Shown piece after piece: positions 19,701 through 24,922 of a stretch of DNA of 27,589 nt. A program made the position numbers and the translations under genes. A model generated the notes under the pieces. It did no database searches and was not told the origin of the DNA. It worked only from the letters and a program-made list of their open reading frames with translations. This DNA comes from a virus (lineage: Duplodnaviria; Caudoviricetes), in IMG/VR virus record IMGVR_UViG_3300027813_000065, positions 1-27,589 of that record. One strand, written 5' to 3'. Every line of letters begins with the position of its first letter. The first letter of the stretch is position 1.

Positions 19701-20330
19701 TATGAACCAATCTATAGCATCATGAGACTCATTTGCATCTCCGTCTGATATGTAGCCTGATTTAATATTAGTAAACTCTCTTTGAAAAGGCTCATTCTTT
19801 TCTAGCTCTCTAACAGCTGAATCAACCCATCCTTGTCCTGTCTCTTCAGCTCCAAAAAATTGTGCTGCTCTTCCACCCAATAGCTTTAGGTTGCTACCAC
19901 CTATATCAAAGTTTTCTGCAGCTAGTCTGCCTGCTTGTGGGTTTTTAATTCCTCTAATGTATGAGCCGTAGTCTTTAGGGTTAACTCTTGACCAGTCTGT
20001 TGCTACATTTCTAGAGGGTTTTAATGGTCTGTCTTTAAGTTTTTCTACAGACTCTAATGCTGTCTTAGCGTCGTCATCATCAAACATCAAGCCGTTGACA
20101 AACATCTTTCTAGTGCTTGGGCTATAAAAAACTTGAGGGGTTTCATCAGGTGGCTCATAGCCAATAGCATCAGTTGTTGCTTGCATATTAGCAAGTAGTG
20201 CTTGATTACCTAATTCTAACTCACTAAGAGAAGGTACATTATCTATTCTTTGGGCAACGCTTTCGGCACTAGGTATACTTTCAGCAACGCTTTCAGCAGT
20301 GGGAGTATACAAACCTGCACGTATTGCCAT
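10743..20330 (-). CDS. Giant (3195 aa) internal virion/ejection protein of polyvalent type, with two zincin-like metallopeptidase motifs and a PLxRFG-like C-terminal region
   Basis: Last gene of the structural arm; SD GAGGT; Gly/Ala hydrophobic N-terminal helices; AHELGH...EELIAE; AHETLGHFGL...EEAMA; GYVQFARRGKY; FSYTEQLNRRATFLAAYRL...SQGEYSMFNRP. Confidence 0.75.
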   Translation of the reverse strand: MAIRAGLYTPTAESVAESIPSAESVAQRIDNVPSLSELELGNQALLANMQATTDAIGYEPPDETPQVFYSPSTRKMFVNGLMFDDDDAKTALESVEKLKDRPLKPSRNVATDWSRVNPKDYGSYIRGIKNPQAGRLAAENFDIGGSNLKLLGGRAAQFFGAEETGQGWVDSAVRELEKNEPFQREFTNIKSGYISDGDANESHDAIDWFIANLAQQGPNLIESVAAALLGGLAGGVAGGNPFTAVGSAIAAVMGKASYKSAVIKAAKNYKKGKGSLSDGDKKLLREVSSLTAVAERQNPNKLMGIAVYPGYKQAILKKNKAKLDVVIDDGVPGAAQRIRDVGKGQAISGGAALGVGTSSYGIGLGDVYGEQREMGQDNRVSAALTAIPYAAMEMLPEFLLAARIFKVSPKRINKTLLEGTDQGGRTSRALKGFGVGGALEGTTEVAQESLILANTGQFDINSPEVGTRLINAFAAGFFVGGPIGGAANLLSKPSANILDPSNTNTEPPISNAPLSGKEKLTTGTATLSGTTGVPGIGQQLPLPGTEGTVKDRLNTDARELNKLEPVPDTPEVATVSSQTNIPDLTTKKEINALEKIISKNENKNKKEGDQLELNVETSETTTETKDTDTNQGIKDAEEILKIAEAATTTSGKKTSGKKTTTTSGKTKLTVQDKFNQTLAEIKTLDKTALSVYKFKSVPKVKGRSKTISDYLTRGEEVANTEELSNLLTRKLSRKVTLEREGKTGNLEHRNTVADIEAIQRYLQLLSVPLTIATDKKDSTAGEEEEKAKVVEAILAEDDAKNSMDDKIQNRYGDLYKKGEKKAELAALEEEFEGITEERKANANKEQGTTDVLPETTEEINAVDRAKTKFDPREEPSLVDESNAPELTVKRQKRMSKNNAPDEISGGTEESNITDPDRRKNLFESIDYVQKNRGNITPEGLKELYGDILFNIMVIAKNPNTVDTSKVVFYQGAFYRGGIVINGRWPSIRNVVPNLLAHELGHASHAYYGAGINNQSTIKDELKAIENYMYPGLREKILAAEKKGKNIDATFFNYLLSPEELIAEFNVNRILNPAETQPLAPIIYQTLEAAQKQPDLIKKRKVFPSGSIFGSVVKADKNFDGNYAPYNPRIKQNNLKRGENNANTKQGTTEVVTGKQTGSSKTVTTGNAENSNTTNEAGTKKPVGKTEKRKKKLQVEKEEDTTGQTDKKPVTESSDSTRKNKVIEELLRQEEIDEIRRARKKPKDFKAEYKDTQEAWDNIKSLIPGAEFIGKIPGPISDFISTAVKESTVIDTKEIRDMFLGLTEQDFIDVGVEPTAYTKMRRAQYKAALSNNATKESLLAEIVDIGWLDKRNKIYGDTTFNDEANTLARNFLDTYFANTGLYTENEAAVLDDIIFDRLTTKIYEEGATGLAGTVKKSELTIKETIAWTKRRGTYQAVIDQRLKKLGRKSTLTGAAEIIAKNQPKDVKKTGVTDTEPDYTAIQIHDLIRNQIKEAPGTVPIKQLARSKPKKRIEEKFAELSDEDKNYGLDKEGTLLSDYFTDKGKLITYRTTSVENSPIFKPITKQGLKLRDARIKTEAENKAADLKEEKKVKAANLKRKTRIKTEAENKAADKEAKKKTKDTPQGQAFLTKKVLDEKDIDDLLADVDDDPDDTTFFRLDGSIIKNPVPILRVRAIVNKALSKLQLKPKATVVKDKAELESKFPELYERAVAGRQQGDFDTTNFAAFALGDEIVVLADNIKTEEQLKFIVAHETLGHFGLRAFVPDGKLNAVLEDLYNSEGHIKAVADMHIKNGMDKYIAIEEAMANAAATLDVSAIQRIWFAIKNFLNKIGIKFDDDLSRYILSQSRRNLRTGGGSYFNLNQLVSNIEDEYDRATQTRFNTEQHNTDLPASVFAMNGITSNGAFSSFGSFGGFSQLIKNKIGLDLPRAIGSALEYMQTLGNISVRNEGLRNLFNIFGMQSKKIKSLERTYETLTQFSTKPNVFDTKYKGEETVTTNEQYKKLIDTDKSGTEAGNVGPTDLETKNAGKLLSFAALYRAKQNGEDSTIEKASSLREIKDGSTEEIINRKAARELEDMGLVTIEEFIEGIPYDISIEDDTGNLESRKFIPEDGKSHGETNEDGFKITPRIYKIYLEMRKAISKSAIDVFESSLDAGKFERQDSINNFLKSVGQDSNLTGARETFILIMDKYKELRQEEAIGSRKTDYTTKAKAKSDLFIREVNRALFEPLKLKDWRDGNAGVGVEQNYKPTDWDKNTSKPNTDAQPIFAFPIEKYARIIEGLDELNAMFKVSKQGNPEANKITNTIKTLFALEEGNRQIEFNSKRTLMTGYVQFARRGKYQVETIAFDKDRKIIKLADQYKNAMPYFQVESGDDARDIQIKVGENFGKNLFVVKDSSDQEVEVTLEPGISEARTASLMSLDQNLTGFLRIADALGINLSAKDKDKVIKGLTETGSAARNKLPRVGKAGWDPDVVRTQAMYLRAQSHLAGKTYFEHKLNNVISDEKKWLGDRELLDELKETLDRVDTVDNTNEAEKQLARANYDEYANMYRYSAPTLESSKGDITIYEMTGVLANVRTPKQVKPEGRGEEYRKTANDLLAYYGSGDNIVDSTEDVLETSKLGQNLKILAVSSQLGGSVATAIINSMSMVTHSIPFLATYNPKTGYGGGFGISASSAAMLRAVSEMSDGIKTRLGLTEDGLSKSLANLDFMHKVTGYDRETGRYALKTDVSEIDKTRYAEAKLLQDEYNISEDEAQALHRATSDGVLQAAQYNALVGSARGGMTNTTSGFLKKWMTLFSYTEQLNRRATFLAAYRLQKEKLRAGNDAKYNVEGITEERKAELDIEIQGLAAQFAEVAVNTSQGEYSMFNRPKISRGPLLNSIMMYKQFVFISVELMKNLGRNERIYFLALLFLLSGMKGLPFAEDITDLIDTLTQMFGIKMGTVEKELNMFIEEVAPGMSPLVMRGVIDKFSGGTISTRLGFGDLIPLTGIAKAGSDPWRETQNFLGPVWAAGDQTVSALTLLTNWSAEVVGIKDDTTNFKDVLRSQPFGGIRAIADAYSYYDDGVITNKQGKVLDKNVAFHEIFLRALNFYPASASYQNDIIRMTKQTGDYVKSIKAKFSEAYVKARISGDRGEMRRVERAVKNYNRTSRNTEFYLDDWKTSANRMYDAWKLPAAERFKKFATKRSRPDIEKLMEAYDIQ
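15498..15619. repeat. Direct repeat, 34 bp exact (15502-15535 and 15586-15619), 84-bp period, encoding RIKTEAENKAAD twice
   Basis: GCTGCTTTATTTTCTGCTTCTGTTTTAATACGAG occurs twice. Confidence 0.9.
16667..16912 (-). CDS. Nested out-of-frame small basic protein (81 aa, MPIRSKEQLKWLQANKPEVAK...) inside the giant gene
   Basis: +1 frame on the same strand; AGAGGTGA SD just upstream of ATG 16912; N-terminus resembles recalled small basic phage proteins of the MP(F/I)KSxxQxxW(L/M)xANxPE type; locally raised CpG. Confidence 0.6.
   Translation of the reverse strand: MPIRSKEQLKWLQANKPEVAKQLLQETPKTLTLPTRLGLKSLSEKRRKERKNYKLRKKKTPLGKLTKNLLRNQAIARGKIK
16888..17810. repeat. 26-bp imperfect direct repeats (16888-16913 and 17785-17810, 23/26 identical), 897 bp apart
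   Basis: GTTGTTCCTTGCT-TCG-TATTGGCATT versus GTTGTTCCTTGCT-CTT-TATTGGCATT; in the giant protein these read NANTKQGTT and NANKEQGTT. Confidence 0.8.
18335..18394. repeat. Short tandem duplications encoding TTTSGKKTSGKKTTTTSGK
   Basis: TTTTACCTGATGTT three times; 21-bp TTTTACCTGATGTTGTAGTTG at 18335-18355 and 18374-18394. Confidence 0.88.
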
Positions 20331-20342
20331 TATAAACCTCTA

Positions 20343-22103
20343 TTATTGTGTTTCACTAATGTAATCTGAAACAGATAACCCAAGAGGAGCACCTAGCTCC
20401 ATTGTATTTATATCTTTTATGTAAAGAAATTCTGCGTCTTCACCTAATGCGTCTTCGCCCATTCTTACATCGAGCATACCTATAGCTCCGTCTTTCTCAA
20501 TAACAGTTCCATCATCTGTTTTAGTGATTGTGTATCCTTTTTTCTTTAGCTCAGTTATTCGTTTTTCTCTTTCTACTGCTATAGCTTGATTATATTCTAT
20601 TGTGCCTTTTATTAATTCTTTTTTGATTTCTAATTTGTTTTTAAGTTCTAGTTTTGCTGTCTCCATAGCTATATCATTCATTTGTTTCTTATATGCTTGG
20701 TCAAATATAAGTCGTCCTTTACGCTTTATATCAACAGCAGACATTTTTCGTGGCTGGTCGCCTAAACCTACAACATCAAAAAAATCATCATCTCTTGGTG
20801 TAATTTGTACACTACGTCCTAAAGAATTTGACAGAGCAGCACTTAATCTTCTTGTATCACCTACGTCTATATCATTTAATCCTTGCATACCTTGTGCTAG
20901 AACTATACCGTTATCGAGTGCAAACAATTGATTTTTAAGTTGCTTAAATTCTTTTTCATTACCTCTAGACTTAGCTATGTTAGCTTGTCTTACAATCTCA
21001 TCTCTTTTTTGTATAGACATTCTTACAGTATCATTAGCAGAGTTAAGGGTAACATTTTGAAAAGTACTAGTTATCTCACTTGGGTCAGTAGTATTTTGTA
21101 TACCTTGTATTTCTGCTAATATTTTAGGAACTCCTACAGTTTCAAAACTACCATCTCCTTTTGCTCTATATACTATTTCATCTTCAATAATAGATGCTCG
21201 CAAGTTACTTTTAAATTCTTCAAGATTAGCTCTTTTGACTGGGCCTTCAGGCATATCTTTAATTTTATTTAATATTTCTCTTTGCCTTCTTACATCTATT
21301 TTTTTAGCTATTGTTATTCTAGCTTCATCTTTTTCGGTTGGGTCTGTAAGTTTACTAACTCTATCTAATTCTTTTCGCTCATCTTTAGTAAAATCTAATG
21401 TTGTAGAAAGCCTGTCCATTCTCTTTTTATTTATTCTAGATTGTAATTCATCTGCTGCAGGACCAGGTTTCATATTAGGTTGTCCATATTCTAAATAGGT
21501 ATCAACATCTTTTATACCTTCTACAAAACCTCCAGGATTTATTTTTGCAGCTATAGCTTTTTTTGTTTGGTATTCGTCAATTTCATTTACACCCGTACTA
21601 CCAAAAATAGCACGACCTATGGCTCCAGTCCCACTTATCGGCTCACCATCTGCATTAAGTAAATAATCTTTGTCCCCAGCTAATGAATCTATAGCTCTTC
21701 CGAATGATGAACCAAATATATTAGGTGTAAGACCAGTAACACTTGCGTTTTTAAATCTATCGTCAACTGTATTTTGGTATTGATTATAATTAATTTTCAT
21801 AGCAGCTTCACTTGGAGGCGGAGCTTTATTCGGGTCTATTAAACCAACTTTATTCCCTGTAATTTTTCCTGTTTTATTAAGCTCATCAAGTCCTGTGTCT
21901 GTGCCGTAACTACCGTCAACATTCTTTCTAATCATAGAACGTGTTTCAGGTTGAGCTCCTAGTTTTAAACCTGCAGATTTTCTTTTTATGTCTGGAGTAA
22001 ACTCTTGGAAATCACTTCTTGCTTGGTTAGTACGCTGTAAATCTCTTAGCCCACTAGCGTCTTTTACAGCTTGCATATATTCAGAAGGTTTTAATATTGC
22101 CAT
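20343..22103 (-). CDS. Putative internal virion (ejection) protein, 586 aa
   Basis: Long charged helical ORF between the 414-aa Gly/Ala protein and the giant protein; role assigned by synteny with podovirus ejection genes only. Confidence 0.55.
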   Translation of the reverse strand: MAILKPSEYMQAVKDASGLRDLQRTNQARSDFQEFTPDIKRKSAGLKLGAQPETRSMIRKNVDGSYGTDTGLDELNKTGKITGNKVGLIDPNKAPPPSEAAMKINYNQYQNTVDDRFKNASVTGLTPNIFGSSFGRAIDSLAGDKDYLLNADGEPISGTGAIGRAIFGSTGVNEIDEYQTKKAIAAKINPGGFVEGIKDVDTYLEYGQPNMKPGPAADELQSRINKKRMDRLSTTLDFTKDERKELDRVSKLTDPTEKDEARITIAKKIDVRRQREILNKIKDMPEGPVKRANLEEFKSNLRASIIEDEIVYRAKGDGSFETVGVPKILAEIQGIQNTTDPSEITSTFQNVTLNSANDTVRMSIQKRDEIVRQANIAKSRGNEKEFKQLKNQLFALDNGIVLAQGMQGLNDIDVGDTRRLSAALSNSLGRSVQITPRDDDFFDVVGLGDQPRKMSAVDIKRKGRLIFDQAYKKQMNDIAMETAKLELKNKLEIKKELIKGTIEYNQAIAVEREKRITELKKKGYTITKTDDGTVIEKDGAIGMLDVRMGEDALGEDAEFLYIKDINTMELGAPLGLSVSDYISETQ

Positions 22104-22111
22104 AATTTATC

Positions 22112-23356
22112 CTATGTAGTAATTGTTGCTTTTACTTTATTAGTCTGTTGTTCTAAGTCATACAATTTAGCTTTTTTTGCTGCCTCTTCATTAGTGTTGC
22201 CTTCTGTAGTATTCATACCAGCGAACAACGTTTGATAGCTGTCTCTTTCCTCATTAGCTTCTTCTCTTTGGCCTTTATATACATCTTGTAATCCTGCTAA
22301 ACCTTTACTGTAATTAGTTGGAGCACTTTTAGGCATTGTAGACATAGCTTGATTCATATAAGCATTTTTAGTGTTCAACCCAGTTGTAAATCCTTCATCA
22401 TATTTTGAAGCGGATAATCTAGCTGCATCTAGACCAAATCTGTTTGCTTCGTTATCTGTAAAAGTTTTATCACTAAGGGCTGCTTGTTCTTTTATTTTAT
22501 TTATAGTCCGACCAGACTCAACTTTAGATTTATTTGCTTCTTGATTAGCAAAGTAAGTAGGGTCAATTTGTCCTGCTTGAACCATATATTTTTTTGATAA
22601 ATCAATTTGTGTAAGATATGCTTCGTTGTCTCTATCCCTTAAAATTTTTAATTCCGCTGTACGCTCTTCAACTAATGCTTGTTCTTCTGGTGATAGTAGA
22701 GCTAGTGAGCCTTCAGGAACTGCTGCTTCTCCCAGTAAATTACCAACTGCTTGCATAGTAATATTAGCAAGAGCATCAGTGTTTTTTAGTTTACTTGCTA
22801 CCGCACTACCTGTTTGTTTAGCTAACTGTGTAAGTGATAATGGGGTTGCTGCAAGGTTGCTTCCAAAAGCAGCTGTCTGTTCTGCTAACATTGTTCCTTG
22901 TTCTGCTCCTATTCCAGCAGTAGCACTACCAAATCCACCTGTGTATGTATTTGGACCTTGTAATCCTGCCGCACCTTCTGCTGCTCCTAGTCCTTCTTTT
23001 CCTGAGAAATCATTTGCTCCTGTGTAAGAAGCAATTCCTGTGGTTGCTCCACCCATGAGTGCTCCTTTTAATACATTTTGACCCTGTACTGCTGCACTAA
23101 CTGCTCCTAGTGCTGCACCTACCATCATTTTACCACCTACTGTGGTCATAAAAGTTGTCATAGTAGCAGATAAATATCCCGAAGCTGCTATTGAACCTGC
23201 AATAGCTGGGGCTGCAAAAGGTATTGCTACGGCAGCGGCTATAGATAGTAGTTTTCCTAGTCCGCCTTTATGCATTGTAGGTTGAATTGGTGATATTAAA
23301 GTATGGTCAGTAGGACTTACCGAAACTATTAATGGGTTTATTCTTACAGTATCCAT
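22112..23356 (-). CDS. Putative internal virion/DNA ejection (pilot) protein, 414 aa
   Basis: SD GGAGGT; HKGG followed by Gly/Ala-rich hydrophobic helices, then an N/Q/A-rich helical C-terminus; follows the GNAT-like gene as in podovirus virion modules. Confidence 0.62.
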   Translation of the reverse strand: MDTVRINPLIVSVSPTDHTLISPIQPTMHKGGLGKLLSIAAAVAIPFAAPAIAGSIAASGYLSATMTTFMTTVGGKMMVGAALGAVSAAVQGQNVLKGALMGGATTGIASYTGANDFSGKEGLGAAEGAAGLQGPNTYTGGFGSATAGIGAEQGTMLAEQTAAFGSNLAATPLSLTQLAKQTGSAVASKLKNTDALANITMQAVGNLLGEAAVPEGSLALLSPEEQALVEERTAELKILRDRDNEAYLTQIDLSKKYMVQAGQIDPTYFANQEANKSKVESGRTINKIKEQAALSDKTFTDNEANRFGLDAARLSASKYDEGFTTGLNTKNAYMNQAMSTMPKSAPTNYSKGLAGLQDVYKGQREEANEERDSYQTLFAGMNTTEGNTNEEAAKKAKLYDLEQQTNKVKATITT

Positions 23357-23830
23357 CTAGACCTCCGTTAAGTCTTGTCGCATTTGAGTATAGGTTGGTT
23401 TAAATCCTACATCGGTTAAAATTCTTTCCATAGCAGGAGGTACTGAGCATTCCATTTTAGTTACTCCGCATATACGAGCCCACCCACAAACGTGTTGCCA
23501 AAACATTTTTATCATATTCTTTAAATCTTTTCCACCTAATGCTACAACATTCATAGCTGTAAACCTTGGGTAGTATATAAGTTCTAATACTAGAACTAAC
23601 TTTACATCAGGTATTTCTGGTGTATCATTTTTAACTGCGATTATATACATCTCTCCTTTTAAGGCACGAGTGTATATATCTTCTACTTCCATCTCACCAT
23701 GCATCTGTCTGTCGATACATTTTTCTAATAGTGGAATGCATTGACCCCAGTATTTATCTATAAGTTCTTTCGTGGAGAGAAGTTGTGGTGTGTATGTCGA
23801 ACTAGTTGTATTTTTTATTTCATGAAGCAT
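23357..23830 (-). CDS. GNAT-fold-like virion-module protein
   Basis: W....PLLEK...LVLELIYYPR...VVALGGKDL...WARICGVTKMEC...MERIL...GF pattern; start at ATG 23830 (GAGGA 8 nt upstream) preferred over 23845. Confidence 0.6.
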   Translation of the reverse strand: MLHEIKNTTSSTYTPQLLSTKELIDKYWGQCIPLLEKCIDRQMHGEMEVEDIYTRALKGEMYIIAVKNDTPEIPDVKLVLVLELIYYPRFTAMNVVALGGKDLKNMIKMFWQHVCGWARICGVTKMECSVPPAMERILTDVGFKPTYTQMRQDLTEV

Positions 23831-24563
23831 CCGGTTTATCCTCATAGCTAGCTAACATCTTATCAAAAAAATCTGTGCCTTTAGCCATAACAACACTTTT
23901 AGGTATGACGTATTCTCCGCCTTCCATTTCAGCTCTTCCACTTCCAGCTACTTTAACTGGTATGCCTCCGTCATCATGAGACGGTCCTTCTAAAACCCCC
24001 CCTGCTTGCATTTCTTGTACTTCTTGTGCTGACTGTTGACCTTCAAATTCTATATCGGTTGCCATTGATTTGGCTGCCATAAGCAAAGCAACTACTATAC
24101 CCTCATCATACTCTACTGATAAATCTCCTTCTCCAGCTAGTCCTTTTTGTATAGCAAATTGTCTAACCTGTGGGTACATCTCGGGATTTTGTAAAACTGT
24201 CTTAGCAAGTTCTATAGCCATGTTTAGCTCTTCCATACTTAACTCACCTGCTTGTAGTCCAGCTTCAATAGCCGCTCTAATTCTTGCTACAACTTCAGGG
24301 TTTTGTGCTGCCATTTGATTTATTTGCATCTCCATCATCTGTCCATTCATAGGCCCAGATTGAGCACCCATAGGTTGAGCACCCATAGGTTGAACACCAG
24401 CAGGTTGCACCATGCCACCTACTTCATAAGATGGAACTGAATTAGTCATAGGTTGTTGTGGTCCACCCATATTTAGTAGGGCTTCAATTTGTGGTGGTAA
24501 GTCTAAAGATGTATCGGCATTTGTACCTACAGCACCCAACTTTACATTTATATCTTTATCCAT
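23820..24563 (-). CDS. Met/Gln-rich acidic virion-module protein with C-terminal GG..GP...GEYVI motif
   Basis: AGGVLEGPSHDDGGIPV...EGGEYVIPKSVV..KG..FFD; TAATG coupling to the upstream gene. Confidence 0.65.
   Translation of the reverse strand: MDKDINVKLGAVGTNADTSLDLPPQIEALLNMGGPQQPMTNSVPSYEVGGMVQPAGVQPMGAQPMGAQSGPMNGQMMEMQINQMAAQNPEVVARIRAAIEAGLQAGELSMEELNMAIELAKTVLQNPEMYPQVRQFAIQKGLAGEGDLSVEYDEGIVVALLMAAKSMATDIEFEGQQSAQEVQEMQAGGVLEGPSHDDGGIPVKVAGSGRAEMEGGEYVIPKSVVMAKGTDFFDKMLASYEDKPDAS
24360..24398. repeat. 15-bp tandem repeat encoding QPMGAQPMGAQ
   Basis: TTGAGCACCCATAGG twice plus a partial third copy. Confidence 0.88.
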
Positions 24564-24922
24564 TACGCTGACCCCTTTAATTGCCTTATTAAAATATTTA
24601 ACACATCTCTAGTAACTTTAACATCATTAGCTAGTGTTTGTACATCTACGATTAGTTTACCATAGTCATCAAGGCTAGCAACTTTTTCCCCACTTATTGT
24701 AAAGCCTACTCCTTTAGCAGCTACTTGCCGCATATTTTGAATAGACATATTTAAAAGTGTTACTTGTCCTTGTGTAATTGATTTACTAATAGCATCTGCT
24801 TCATCTCTAAGACCTGTAAGCAACTCAACATTTTCTTTTATGTTTTCTATTAGCACAGTTATTTGCTGGCTTAAGTTAGTATTAGTAGGTACGGCTGGTA
24901 CGGATATAAATCTGTTACTCAT
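24563..24922 (-). CDS. Hypothetical structural-module protein (119 aa)
   Basis: ATGA and TAATG overlaps with its neighbours; helical termini; no motif recognised. Confidence 0.7.
   Translation of the reverse strand: MSNRFISVPAVPTNTNLSQQITVLIENIKENVELLTGLRDEADAISKSITQGQVTLLNMSIQNMRQVAAKGVGFTISGEKVASLDDYGKLIVDVQTLANDVKVTRDVLNILIRQLKGSA

Noticed and set aside
10743-20330. Giant ORF as an N4-like virion RNA polymerase or DarB-like methylase/helicase
   Set aside because: The size is similar, but I recognised no polymerase, Walker/DExx or methyltransferase motifs; a profile search is needed to exclude remote homology.
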